A stretch of 64,000 bases of DNA from Anthoceros angustus (GCA_010909165.1 MU008204.1:203810-267809); one strand, 5' to 3'. Shown: positions 1 to 13,595, numbered from the stretch's first letter. The notes: generated by a model not told the origin, from the letters alone. Numbers and translations are program-made.

Positions 1-959
1 AGCGACGATGTTTGTAAACGCGACTCCTCAGACCCCTGGTGCTTTATGGACCATCGATGGTGTGTTCTGTCCTCTGTGTCTGCACTTCGATGTTGGCATA
101 TGAAACAGGAATTGTGGACAAACGACGTGGATGTTTCACTGATGACTATTGTTGTCATGAATTTTTCAGTCGAAGGCTAGAGGAGGCGCCTGCAAACATC
201 ACCAAGACTTCCTCAATGTCTTTCCCATACTCCAAGGAACATGAATCTCTATGCAGCTATGGAGCGGAATCCTAGAAGTTCGAGGCACGGAGCACAAGGA
301 CAAATACCATCGACAGCATTGCGCCACCGGGGTTTGTTTCTCTTGGACAAAAGCAGGGTGTGCACGGATATCCCTCCTGATGAAGCACCGATTGTCGTCC
401 AGAATCGGAGGAAGCGACGGGTAATGAGGGCCGATCTTTCCACCCCAAGCAAGAAGCGTTTTTGAAGTCACTAGTAGTTGTGGACATCGCGGTTAAACCT
501 AAGGAGAAGGTTATCACACATATCATGGGAACTGGGCGCATTCGGTGTTGTTTGCAAGCATGGGACGGGTCCAGACTGAATCCCCGGCAACCCTCCTCGC
601 ATGCGCTGGGAGCTGTTGTATGGATGGATTCCACTTTTCAAGTCATGTCTAAAAGACTGCCGAACATTGATGTCTTTCACTTACCAAACACCTTTTCCAA
701 GTTGGAGATATGGGCCCGATACTCACGGGATATGACACGGCCTTCCATGAAGTTTGTTTCTTATGCATATTTCTTGACTCTGTGGACAATCAACTTTCCA
801 AAGGTTAGGATTCCCAAGTCAAACAGGTTTTCTAGTTGTTCTCTATGCGAGGGTCTAAAGCGCACTATTCCCAACACATCCGGCAAGGCAAATCAAGGTT
901 TGTTCCTTTAATCACTATGGGAATTGAATTTGGGGGAAATTGGGATATTGTTGGTGGAC

Positions 960-1680
960 AGTTTGCCGGCATGTTAGTGACCGTGATGATCTGATGTGGT
1001 ATATGGGCGCCTTTATGCCCACGCCTATGTTGATAATATGTGTTGTATGGCCGCCGGCATGCCAACGCCCATGTGGTTTTTTTGCATTACATTGGAGCCA
1101 ACATGTCGGCGCCTATGTGCATAGCTCTGGTTACGTAGGCGCCGGCATGCCAGCACCTATGTGGAAAGTATGCGCTACGTTGGCGCTGGCACGCCGGCGC
1201 CTATGTGGATAGTATGCATTTCATTGGCGCCAACATGCAGGTGCCTATGTGCATATATTGTGTTCCAGGGGTATCGGCATGCCAGTGCTTTTCTGGATAT
1301 TATTTATTTCTTAAGCCCAGCATGCTAGTGCCTATGATGCTATGCGTTACATGACCGCCAGCATGCTGTCGCCCATGTGGTGTAGCGGGCATGCCATTGC
1401 CTATGTGGATACTATGCGTTACATGATTGTGCATCGGCATTCCGGTACCTAATCGCCTATGTGCATGCACGCTGCTGGCTTTGTGGGCATTGTGCGGTAT
1501 ATGGGCGCTGGCGTGCCGATACCCATGTGGACATTATTTGTTCCAAAGGCGCTGGCATGCCGGCGCCTGAGTGGGTATTATGTGTTGTATGCCGGCGCCC
1601 AAGTAGGTTATATGATTTCCATGGGCGCCGGCAAGTTTTCGCCCAGGTTGACATTGTATATTCCATGGGCTCTAGCATAA
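960..1680. repeat. Degenerate ~60-bp tandem array with palindromic core GGCGCCGGCATGCCGGCGCC
   Basis: About a dozen variants, e.g. ggcgccggcatgccagcacc (1138), ggcgctggcacgccggcgcc (1182) and ggcgctggcatgccggcgcc (1548), often followed by tatgtgga. Confidence 0.8.
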
Positions 1681-1986
1681 CCACGCTACTGCATCTTTTA
1701 AACACAATGGGCCTCGCATACGCTCCTTTTCAGATGAATCAACTGTTATTCACATAATAGAATGTCCACATCGCAACCCGCCGTCATGCGCCACAGTGCT
1801 GATCGTCCAGGGCCTTCTACCCATAACAAGCTGTCTTTTTGTGATGCTTTGAAGGATCAATGTGCAATACTCCATGTGTTGACAAGTGTCTAGTTTTCCG
1901 GTTGTACAGAGGTTTATGAAGGGGCACTTGCATCCCATCGACTGCGTCTCTAGGACGAGCGGGACAAAGCAGTAAAGCATCGTTCT

Positions 1987-2073
1987 AAAAGTTATGCTCA
2001 ACCTCACAAATACATGCTACTTGCAATGCTTTACTAAAAGTTATGCTCAACCTCACAAATACATGCTACTTGC
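1987..2073 (+). repeat. Direct duplication, ~50-bp period
   Basis: aaagttatgctcaacctcacaaatacatgctacttgc occurs twice. Confidence 0.9.
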
Positions 2074-2914
2074 TATAGACGACATGGATTAGAAGAAGAC
2101 CGAGCTGCCTCATTTCATTCGATACCCAAAAGATTTATCGGACAATTCACTTATTAATGTTCATGTGGTGGGCTGTATGATACATAATTACACTTTCAAG
2201 GTGATGGCGTACTTACATTATGCCAATTTGCGCAACAATGCGAATCTTACTATCAACATCATTCAAGATGTTATATTCTCATATGAAGGGGTGATGCCTA
2301 AAGTGCTTTATCTCCAGCTAGACAATACATGCCGAGAGAATAAGAATCAACTGTTATTCGCATACCTCAATATGCTCGTTGACCTTCAAGTGTTTATTAA
2401 AGTGAAGTTTGGTTTTCTTCTGGTTGGTCATACACATGATCATGTAGATCAGATGTTCTTGAAGCTTCTGAGACACAAAGAAGCATTTAAAATAGATTTT
2501 TTTATTTTGAGATAATTTATTTATTAATAATAAGTAATATTTTTAGTATAAATAGTGAATCCTTGTCTTTATTTCTTTGTGCACAAAATTTCCTCCTCTT
2601 AATCTCTTTATGTACCATCTATACCAATTTCTTTATATTAGTATGGTATCTAATATCATAAATAATATTTTAAAATAATAATATAAACTTTTAATATAAA
2701 TATAATTATTAATTAAAATAAATTATATTACTATAAATATCAATATTCATACTTAAGATTAATAATATATCTAATATTTTATTAAATCCCTAAATTCCTA
2801 AATATTTAATATATTTAATATATTTAATATTTTAATATTTTCATGTTAATTTTCACTTATGCATGAGCAATAACAGCAAGGTAACAACAAGGGAGAAATG
2901 TAGGACTATTAAGG

Positions 2915-4470
2915 AAGAGATGATTTATTGAGGTGAAAGAACGATGGAAAGAGACCATCTAGGAAGGGACAACAAATGGGGACCCGGGGGTCGGAGTGAA
3001 GAGGAGCAACTGAGCTCCCTACCTAAAGTGACCAACTGCACTCACAATGTCATATGCGTAGAATAAACGCCCGCAAACCATGAGGAAGAGGAAAGGCATC
3101 ACCCACCGCCGCCGCCTTATGGAGAATCGCTGAGAGCGCCTCAAGAGCAATAGAAACCCGCTGGAAGTATCTTTGTGAAGTACGAGAGGACTGCACTATG
3201 CTCACAAGATGGTAAGCTTTGGCACAAGACTTGATGAATTTGTCAAAGTCCTCACCATTGCCCCATACGCTTTAGAGCAAGCGGATAAAGAGGTGGCCCG
3301 CTTGCATCCTGCTATACTTGCGGACCTTGAGAGCCAGACGGCAGCACCGGACGGTTGGTGATGACCTGAGCGGAGGTGGCGCCACGCGGTGGTCAAGAAC
3401 CACAACATCCGCCACCACAACCTAGTCGCCACGGACAAGGTATAAGTCCGCCCTGATTGAACGACCTGTAAGAAGAGTATACTCCCGCTCCCTCCAGGCC
3501 ATATAGCCAAAGTGAGGAGCGAAGAAGCCACAGGCTGGAGTAGGCCGAGACGGAATCGCATCGCAGCAGTGAAGGTGGTTGGTGCGATGTGAAATCCCCG
3601 TATGCATGGGCGGGCCAAGAGCTGCACCTCCCTTCCAACAAGAGCGGCCGCCTAGTGGACCTGGAGATGGAGGGGTCCCGGAGGATGATCAAAAGCCCGG
3701 CCGAGCCGCTCGGCGAGATGCCTGCAATCCCTAAAGCCATCTGATAAATGTAGAGAAAGGAGGGAAGTCCTTCCGAGCATCCGCGATAACATGTCTCCGG
3801 CCGCCTCAAGGACGATTGAGAGAGAAGGTTCCCTCCTCCACACTTGATACGAGATCCTCGAGAAAGGGCTTGTCATGGAGGATGAAACGGAAGCCAAGGC
3901 AGGCAGAGGGCCCAACTCCCAAGAAAGCCGCCGGAAGAGACCTCGATGAGAGCCCCACGCCCAAATTGCACAGTGGATGCTTGCCGGCAGTCGCCCTGTG
4001 GCACTCAAAAGCCCCGAGCCCAAGATGTCCCCAAGAGTATCCATAATCTTCAGATCAAACCCCGAGCCGGACAAAAGGACCGGAGACGAGGCAGACGAAT
4101 GAGGTACCCAGGGCGCCTAGCAAAACAGAAGGAAAGGATTCCAAAGGCCACCTGAGCATCCTCCAGCAAAGGGAGGTCTTCAATATGGGAGAGGTCCTCT
4201 GCAAGGGCCCCCAGCAGGAAACTGCAGAGTAGGCAGGATCCCCGACGGAGACCAAACGCGGCACTTGGACATCTTGACCTTCAAGCCCACCAACGAAAGC
4301 TCGGAAGAGAATATCTCAAAGGCCTCCTTGACTTTGTCCCCAGGCCCGAGGATGTGAGAATCGTCTGCCAACGAAGGGAAGACACAGTCGCGCGCGGAGA
4401 GGGCGGCCCTAGACAGGGCCCTATAGTGAGCAATAGCGAAGAGAGCACCGCCTAGCGGGTCGCCTTGACT
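2915..4470 (-). mobile_element. 5'-truncated CRE-like non-LTR retrotransposon (RT plus restriction-like endonuclease region), decayed
   Basis: QGDPLGGALF...LADDSHILG...LKVKMSKC RT motifs; FTAAMRFRLGL; IRADLYL; 3' UTR ending ctcaataaa. Confidence 0.75.
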
Positions 4471-5099
4471 ATTATGAAAACATATAACTTGATTGTTTAC
4501 TAGGGCATTTTGAATGTGCTTCATATAAGTTACGAGCAGTTTCATCCGTTCTACTAGTGCTTTGCTAATTTTCTTCCATTATTTACTACAGTGTAATTCT
4601 TGGAATAATAAAGAAGAATAGAGAGAAACTATTTAGATGATATCTACAACATTAAGACCTTTTCTTTTTTTTCAACTTTATAGTTGAAAAACTGGTATTT
4701 AATGAAAATTATTTACATAAATAAGCACTTTAAAAATAATGAATACTATTAAAGAGCATGAATTTAGGAGAAATAAAATAGCAAGAAAAGAATTGATGTC
4801 CATTTCCACTAGACTAATGAAACACTCCAATAGCAACATGATTTAAGTATGTTTTTGGATCAAAGTATTTCTTGATTTAAATTTCTAATTCAAATGATGG
4901 ATTTGTTGGAAACCATTTACAAAAAACTATGGCTGAAGACTTAATAAAGATATCAAGGTTGAAAACAACTTATGTGAAAAAATCCATTTTGTTTGAACAA
5001 GATGGATGAAAATAGAACATAGAACATAGAACATAGAAAATGCTTCAAACATATAGAAAGGTTAGAAAATAAGAATGTAAGCCGATCAAGAAAGGAGCT

Positions 5100-6156
5100 A
5101 GAGGATATGCTTATAAGGCGGCAGTACAACAACTAAACAACCTTTCCTTCCAACATCAGTTCAAAATCACACGAGAGGAACGGCAAGATCATGGCCATGT
5201 TACTATTGTTCGCAATAAGCGGTATTCGACCTCACCAGTTTGGGAATCAGAAGATGGTTTAGAGTTTTTGAACTTCGTTTCCACCATTGCGATTGGTCTA
5301 GCTCTGCTTATGGCTTTGAAGGCGAAAGACAAAAAGGGGCAAGATGGAGGTCTGTCAGCCATAGAAGGTGTGGCGCACTTGAAGAATGGGTTAATGAACT
5401 TGAAGACATACATAACGACGGCCGAGAGAGTGTGTGGTGGAAGCTGTTTTGGGTTGATCAGGAGGGAATCGCCACTATTGTGGAGAACAATATAGCTCTT
5501 GTACTAAAACAGCCATGGAGATGGTACAATAGAGCGGAGGCAAAGGCGAAATTGCCTCCTCTTGAAGTTCCTGAAGAGTTTATCCTTAACGAAGCATTAT
5601 TCAGAGAAGTTCCTCAATGAGATATGTATTTGGGAGCATACCAGAATATTGGTTGACAACAACAACAAATTGAAAGAATTCATGGGGATATAAAGGAGAT
5701 AGTGAAGGAATGTTCATCGCAATTCCATGTGCAGGAGACACACGTAACAGGGCTTTTTGGATTAGGAAGGTGGACAGCGTGGACTTTGATTACGAGGAGC
5801 CGTCTTTGATGGTCCTCTGATATAGAAATGAGCATACTGATGCTTTTAAAGGAAATTCTGTTGAAGAATTTTTTGTTGGAGGAACAGAAACTCGACATAT
5901 GCGCAATGGAAAGAAGGTGGGGAAAAGAAGATTGCCGAAGAACATTCAGCGGTTGTGTGTGCACAAGACTATAATTCTCTACTATGGATTCAACTTGAAT
6001 GGATGGAAGCACTTGTACGCTTTGGATAAGAAGGCCATTCGAGAAAAACTAAATCAGCTTCGACCTTTCCTACAGCCTGGAGAGGAGGATAGCGACCAGG
6101 AAGCGGGTGACGGAGGTCCTATACTCGATGAAGGAATTGAATCTGGCAAGGAGTGA
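5100..6156 (+). mobile_element. Probable C-terminal part of the same Sola-like transposase, decayed
   Basis: HQFKITR...VRNKRYSTSPVW...GLEFL then FWIRKVDSV...ILYYGFNL; same strand, fragmented frames, separated from the catalytic part by AT-rich DNA and the retroelement. Confidence 0.45.
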
Positions 6157-7224
6157 AATTGTCTGCAAGTTGTTTGCAAGGGGCAGACTCTATTCTGAGC
6201 AATTTTGTTCATCTCTCCAAAGTAGTTTGAGGCTAGGCTCGATGCTAGTTCGACGCCACGCGTTTCTCGGTTGCTGAGGTTTATGAACTTGTCATGGAAC
6301 AGTGGCTTATATATATTGGTTTCAGGGGTCTTAGAACATGCCTTCGAAAAATGGGCGGGCATGGCAGCTAGTAGGTGGTGACAATTATATAGTTTTCTAT
6401 GCGACTTACCCTAAGAAGGCTGAAACATCGCCCACTTTGTTCTTGCCGCTCACTTGAACGATGATATCAATTAAAACCATCCACAATGCAATGCACTCAC
6501 AAATAAAGTCGGGCCCCATCTGCTCATCGGTGTATTGTCGCAAGGCATCAAGTATATTAATATGCCCATGAACCGGGCATTAAATAGAAGTTATCACGTC
6601 TTGTAATCGTGGCAACCGCTCTAGAAGGGAATGGAGACCAATGCCTCGTTGTATACAAGGTGCGGTGAGTCTGTGGGCACCAGCATGTCGGTACCCACAC
6701 TCTCTCCGCACCTTATATATAGTGAGGCACAATAAAATTTGGGAAAGAAAACACCAGCATGCCATGGTGTTGCATGGGAGTGTGGGAGATTACAACCAAG
6801 GCTGAACAACACCCCACGTTCCATACCTTTAAAAACCATTTGTACTCAATACTTCTCACACATCCCTATATTTCGAAAACCTTTTACCATTTGTGTAAGA
6901 AATGCATGTTATAAAGCACAAGACGACCTCTTCATCCCCTGGCCAACATGGACTCAGGTTTCGGCATGTTTTGCAAGCAAAATTGCACTCAGTCGTGTGT
7001 GCCTTGCAGAGAATGACCTTGTAGCGACCCCAGAATGCTTAAAACAAGAAGGACCCCAATGTTAAATCCGAAAGGCTGTACAAATAGGGGAAGTTGTTGA
7101 CTGCTGCTTGCAAACCCGATTGATGCTTGCTTTTCCTTAGCAATTGAGGAAATTTCTCCCCTTGAAAAGTTTTAGAGCACTTCAAATTGCCTGCACTGCT
7201 ATCAATCCTTCCAACAAAATCCCA

Positions 7225-7515
7225 TTCTCTGGAAATTGCATCCGGTGAACCTAATGCTTCACGTAATGCTTCTTTGTTGGCATGAGCTGCTGCTGAACTG
7301 GCCATTTTCTCGGATCCGGTCACGGAGAAGATGCTCTTGCCATGCAGCTAGACTATTTTTCATAAGTTATTTTTGTACAATTGCCCCAAGGTGAACCAAG
7401 TTGGCAGTGCTCCATTATTTCGGAGAGCTTCTCTGGAAAAAGTTTGTAATAATAATTGTACCTTTCTTTGAAATTTTCTTCCGGCCAAGTGTCAGACTTA
7501 AGATAGAGTAAGCTC
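7225..7515 (-). pseudogene. Diverged duplicate of the POLH 3' end and 3' UTR
   Basis: Aligns by eye to ~8505-8785 (gtcacggagaagatgct...ttatttcggagagcttctctggaaaaagtttgtaataat...ccggccaag). Confidence 0.85.
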
Positions 7516-8681
7516 TATTTTTTAGTGAAAATTTCTATTTATTTATCAAAAAGTGTTTACTCTTTGTTAGTTGTCACGTCCAAATAGACCAATCATTGCG
7601 TAACCTATCTAACCCCTCGGGCTCCAGTACAGGCCGTGAGAAGCTAGGGGGGAGGAAGAGTGTAGATGTTGCTCTCCCCTCCCTCCAACTATCCCACACC
7701 TACCAAACTCGGAAAACTAACAGCACATGAGATTGCTTACCTAACCCAAGGTTTTGATATCAACCGGAAGTCTCACACCTACCACTAACCTTACTTTCTT
7801 AGACACAAGGATCATCGCAACACATCCATAGGATTGTTGCATTAGAGTCTGGAGAATGAGTGCAAGAGATGTCTAGTATAATGCATAGATCGAAATGATG
7901 GTCATACATATCGAGATTATGCAAGCCACAGGGCTATATATGTAGTGCTCCTAGCTGCATATCATATATTTTGTGTACTAAATACTGAATCTGAGAAATT
8001 CATATTTCCTAGGCTCTCTTGACGGCATGTTTAAGCTTGCAAGTGGATTGGGTGAGAGCTGATTGTTTTTAGGAGCAAGTGGTGTTGAGTGAGAGCTGAT
8101 TATTTTCTGGAGCAAGTGGTGTTTGGATCCTCAAAGGTACAATGGGGAGTAAGCTAAAATTCAGACTTAGATGGCAAGCCATATTGGACAAAGTGTGGAA
8201 AAAAACGAAGTATGTGAAGCTAGAGAACGAGAGCGACACTCCCTGGAAGCAGAATGGGACAAAGATGAAGAAGCAGAGGTTGGGAGGGGAATTCATGATT
8301 AATGTAGCTGCCGGGGACGGCTTGAATGAACTTGTGATGTCTAATGCTGGGATTTATAGCGACGTCGAGTTCCCTGTTGTGGGAGTTCCTATTATCTACT
8401 GATCCATTTGAACAATGTCTTTAAATGGACATTTCATATTTGGATTCATCAAAGACGTATTGCATGTTGCATAACCTACGCTACATAGTATAGTCGCTCC
8501 AATTCTCCGGAAATTGCGTCTTAGTTACTCGCCATAATGCTTGTTTGTTAGAGCTACCGCTCGACGGCCCATTTCCTCATATGGGGTCACGGAGAAGATG
8601 CTTTTGCCGTGGGAGTATACTATTTTTCATATGTTGTTTTTTAACAGTTGCCCCCAGGTGAACTGGGTTGGCAGTGCTCCG

Positions 8682-11600
8682 TTATTTCGGAGAGCTTCTC
8701 TGGAAAAAGTTTGTAATAATAGTAGTACCTTTCTTTGAACTTTGCTTCCGGCCAAGCGTGAGACCTAAGGATAGTCTAAGCTCTCGCTGAATGTCGGGAG
8801 GCAACTCGGACATCACCTCCTCTGAGATCTCCTCCTGTCTGTAAATAGGTAAAGATCCTTCTTCCGTCCGGATCTTCTGGGAACTTTGGCTGCTCGATCG
8901 CTGCCACAAGGCCTCTAACTTTCCTCTTGAGCTCCCTGCTGATGGTGCACGCTGAGGAATATCTGCTATGTTATCAGGACCAGGCGCGCCTTCGTCTTGA
9001 AGGAGGCATTGCGCAGTGTCCGAGCCAATCTTCACTTGCTCCGGAGGTTGGTTGCTTGATAGACACCAAGCTTCCAACCTCCCTCTCGGGGTCCTTGGTG
9101 TAGGTGAACGCTGAGACGTTTCTGTTATGTTTTCAGGACTTTTGTCCTGAAGCCCTGCGCATTCTGGAGGATTCGAGCAACGCATCCCTTCCTCCAGGGT
9201 CCTCGGACTCCAACCCAACCTGCTTTGCCCCAAGCTTTTGAGGTTCACCTGGTTCACAGAGTGGGTGTCCCTAGATTCCTGATAGTGGACTGGGGAACAG
9301 AGGACATCTTCAGAATTCCCGACTCTTGGTTCTTGATGCTCTAATGGTGAACAGAGGATAGCTGAGGATTGAGGAGCCTTGTCATCACAAGTGCCGCCGA
9401 TGAAACTGCCATCGTCAGCATGTATACTCGAACAACCTGCATCACCTAGAGCAGCCCGGAATCCTTGTGTGCAGCCATCAGATGGAGTTGTACCCAGAGG
9501 ACCAAACTTGGGGGTGCAGTTCAAACCAGCATCCGCATCACACTTATCCAATTCGTCTTCAGAATGACACGGAAGAGGCTGTGAACGACTTTCCTTTGCA
9601 GCACTTAAAAACTGGGTTATCGGATTCACACCCTGTGGATCAGCCAAAGCACCCTAAAATCATTCCTTTCGTTGGGGGTCATTGTAGATAAGTAACTGCA
9701 AAGGTTCTTCGATACGGCACTCACCGATGGCGTGGTCACAATATTAGATGCAGAAATCGACATCCCTGTGACTGCCCACCTAAGAGTTCGGACCTTGTGC
9801 CCTTTCTCTGGTGAGAGTACATTCGAAGCTGGCAAAAACTCTGTTAATCCTCTTTCAAAAAGACGAAGGGCGTCTGCTACAATTTTAGAGACCCCATATC
9901 TCAAGGTGCATGACTTGATGGGGAACTTCTTGTGTCCAGTAGGATATCCTATCTGCACCACACGCATGTGAGAATCTATCAGCCATTCCCATCACAAATG
10001 CTTCCAAAACTAAATAACTGCCTAAAATAAATTGATGCACGACAAAGTTACCACATGACATGATGCATGTAATGTAAGAGTGCGTGCAGTACGGTTGTTC
10101 TCCTTCAGATCTGAAACTATCCGCTCCTGCAACACTGCTGCCAGCTCTCCCAGCCAATGTTGGATCTGATTCAAATCCACAGGCCGCTCAGATCACTTGA
10201 CAAAAATAGGAGGGCATACTGCATAACTTCAAGGACGCGAGTAGTGACCTTGCGACCCCATCCAGGAGGTCATATCTCACCTCTCCAACTTGCTTCAGCG
10301 CCTTCGGACCTGGAAAGGTCTTCCCAGAAGCATGGGACTTTGGTAGTGTACGCTCTTGGACTTCATCTCCACTGATGCCTCTGACAATCCTCCACAACCA
10401 TGTCCTGCTCACAGTATGTTGTTGATAACTATCAGAGCTTCTAGAAATATCCACAGGAATGTGAGATAGGAGCTGCAATTTCAGCGGCTTAATAAAATGG
10501 CTATAGGTCAATACCCCGAATTTGCACCATATAACTCCTGCAGCTTGGACTCGGAGAACTTTAACAAGTCTCCACATGTTTTCACACTCAGTATTGTTTC
10601 TAATGATTGTCCAAGCTTGCCTCCTAATTGCCCGCTGCAATAGACAAAGGACATTTGTGACTTAGAGTCTAAAGGCATTTAACCTGACATCATTTAACCT
10701 GAAAAGGACCATCATGCTGAGAATTAACAGTTTAGTCTACATTTTTGTGATAGGCAGGCTCTGAAGAAACCCGGTGACTGCTGATGAAGGCACAATGGTT
10801 TGTTGTGCTGGCTTATGCAAGCCGCTTGTCAGTTTAGCTAGCATCTGCAGCATTTCAAAACGAGAAGAATGCAGACACCAAACAAATTATTCACCTCAGA
10901 CTTGTTCTTCTACAGCAAGTCGTTCATTCCACACAAAAGTAGACGCCAACCTTGTTGTGGGCGACCCCAGCAGAGCATGTGAACTGCGTTTCTGCTAAAA
11001 CGGCCATCCTCAGTTCCGCTACAATCATGGCTCCATATGCAAGCAGCTTATCGTTATAACTTGAATCTGTCTGACAGAACCACTTCTGAACTCTTTCCCG
11101 ACGATCTCCTTGCTCACTCTACCAAAGTCATCCAACGCAGATCCTGTGTGGGGTGTTAGGATCCACATGTAGGCTCCTCTAGAGCTCCACACCATGATTT
11201 GGTAAGAAATACAGACTGGCTGTACTTCTCAGGAGCAAGAGTTCTGCGGGTGCCCCACCTCATCCAAGCCTACAATGTGAGACTTCAGAGCTTCTTCAGA
11301 AACACAAAACGGCCGGAATTCTGAGACATCTTTCATGAGTCTGGAAGCAGCAGACTCGGTCAGGTCCAGATAGACTTCATCAATAGATGTCCTTTCACAA
11401 CGCCCCATCCGAGAAAGAACCTCCACCACCTGCAGCCATCAGGAGTGCTATAAAGACCTCCATACTAGAACTGACACTCCGACCACTAGCATCAACCTAA
11501 ACACCACTTCAACTCTACAAGGCCTACCTCTGAGCCAGCATCTCGATAGATAGCAAGGTCAGCCTTCTCATGTGCCACAGGCACCTGGACAAGGTTAATG

Positions 11601-11734
11601 TCAGGGCACAACTTCCGCGCCTCGTCCCCTCGCATATTCCTGCAAGGTAGAGCAATTCCCCGGTCACCAATCCGCACTAGAACTCCGTGCTGACAATTTG
11701 GAGGCACCCAAAAACGCACCGTTTCTTATCACCC

Positions 11735-11765
<31 letters not shown>

Positions 11766-12062
11766 CGCTTCACGCCATGCCGCCGAGCTTCATATCCCAC
11801 TGCAATCAGACCTCCACCCTTCCAGTTGTTATACTGCACGACAGCAGTTGGCTTGCCCAGTAATTCCGGCTGCCTTCTCTGCTCCACTGCAGAACAGGAA
11901 CAAGAAGATGCATGAGACTCCACTGCAGCTCAAGCCAGCCAGAAAAGAGACACCCTCTAAGAAAACAAACGACAAGCGTAGAGAACCTTGAACGTAGAAG
12001 CAGTCGAGATCAAGATGCGCTATAACCCGTGTGTCGTTGGGTTCCGGTTTGGCAACCGGCAT
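8682..12062 (-). CDS. POLH: DNA polymerase eta (Y-family), multi-exon
   Basis: MPVAKPE...RVIAHLDLDCFYVQ; VVQYN.WKGGGLIAVGYEAR; HEKADLAIYRDAGSEV; CERTSIDEVYLDLT; LPKSHASGKTFPGP; C-terminal ELPPDIQREL and ITNFF (PIP-like). Confidence 0.95.
11738..11765. repeat. (CA)n microsatellite in a POLH intron
   Basis: acacacacac run immediately after the GT donor on the minus strand. Confidence 0.95.
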
Positions 12063-12594
12063 TCTGCCTTGCACCAATGGCTCCGCGGTCACCTGGTACC
12101 TGTGTGCTGCTGGGAGGTCCAAAAATTTGCCGCGAACTTGTGCCCTTAAAAAGTGAAATCGTCACAGTGATTTTTTGGAAGGAAGTGTGGCATTTCCTGC
12201 CAGGGGGATTTCGCTGTCATTGTGAAATCCGCATGGTGAAGCAGACGCCGATCTGATAGCTGGTTCTCACGCAATCCGGAAGCCAGATCAAAGCTTGAAC
12301 TTGCGACAAACTTGAGATGCTTTCAGCAGCTTTCTTCCAGAAATTATCAACCTGGTCACGTTGCTTGACAGGAGGTTTCCTTTGCCATGTCGGACAATGG
12401 ATTCCGGTCGCTCCAGCTTCCGTGGTGAGATGAATCGTCACAAGGAGGAATGAGCAGACGAAAACCGGATCGCCATCCTCCAGCCCCTTGACCCACCAGC
12501 TCTCACCGTCAGTTCAGGTGGTCAGCACACGGCATGAAATACACATCCTCAGAGTCCAAGGGCTCTAGTCTGCGAGTGCTCTGAATTCTGGACA

Positions 12595-13595
12595 ATGGCG
12601 CAGTATACAGCAAATGCTGCTCGTGACCTTCAGCTTATGCAACTTTTGGCTGCTGCACAGGCAGGGGCAGCGGAGAATATTGCATGGAAGCTTGCTTTGC
12701 AGGAGGCGAACCAGAGAGCGGGACGAGGACTCCATGACACCAGGCAGGCAGAGCCCATCACCATCACTGCTAGCCAGGCTGCCAGCACTAGTGTTCCGCA
12801 AAGATTATGCAGAATATGTCTTGATCCGAAACCTTTGTCCAGCTTTTTGGAGCAGAAGGCATGTGAGCACCGGTTCTGTCGTGATTGCATGTCGGCCTAT
12901 GTGGATTCTCGAGTGAAGGGTGGATATCTTCAGATTATGTGCGCAGAACTGGGTTGCAAGGCGTTCCTTGACAAAGATGACTACATACCCCTCAGTCTGT
13001 CGCCTGACGTAGCCGCAGCCCTGGCCAATCCGGAGGCTGGCACATCCATGCCTGAAGCCGATAAGTGCTATTGCCCTTTTCCAGATTGCTCAGCTCTGAC
13101 ACCGTTGTTAGAAAATCGGGGCCATTTAGGAGATCCGAGTGCCACTTTATGCTGGAGCTGCAGCCGCCTGTTCTGTGCGGGATGTGAGATTCCTTGGCGG
13201 TCTGGTCATACATGTCAGCAGTTTGACAAGATGAGCAAGGAGAAGCTTCTTCAGGAGAAGCTTGCTGAGGATAAGCGTGCAAATGAGAAGCTTGCCAAGG
13301 TACTGTTCCAAAGTAAGGATGCCTTTAAGGACCTCGTCCGAGAATTCAAATGGATGACCTGTGCAAATTGCAAAAGAGTCGTGGAATGTACTGCAGGGTG
13401 CGAGAGTATTACCTGCCGGTATACCACGACTAAACTTCCTTCCACATTTCCTTTTGTAACTCTGTTTGCTGCATCCTCTGGCCCTAACGGGATTGGTTGA
13501 TGGACGGAATGTGCAGATGCATGTTCCAGTTCTGCTATGAATGTGGGAAACAGTGGAGTCCTGGTCATTCGTGTTCTTCACCTGCTCATGCATAG
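12595..13595 (+). CDS. RBR (RING1-IBR-RING2) E3 ubiquitin ligase; exons 12595-13418 and 13517-13595
   Basis: CRICLD...CEHRFCRDCM...CAELGC; YCPFPDCSA...CWSC..FCAGC; CANCK...GCESITCR|CMFQFCYECGKQW. Confidence 0.9.

Larger units (their letters stand above)
241..2470 (+). mobile_element. Decayed DNA transposase, Sola-like DDE family (N-terminal and catalytic part)
   Basis: Motifs KVRIPKSNRFSSCSLC (CxxC), IDDMD*KKTELP (~2075-2110), LYLQLDNTCRENKN and FLLVGHTHDHVDQMF resemble Sola-type transposases; contains stops and frameshifts and a probable intron ~898-1733. Confidence 0.7.

Noticed and set aside
960-1680. CRISPR-like palindromic repeats
   Set aside because: Eukaryotic context, degenerate repeats, spacers similar to one another and no cas genes.
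7572-7760. Possible LTR start (tgtcac) and decayed tRNA-Met primer-binding site (gttttgatatca)
   Set aside because: No second LTR or consistent arrangement found.
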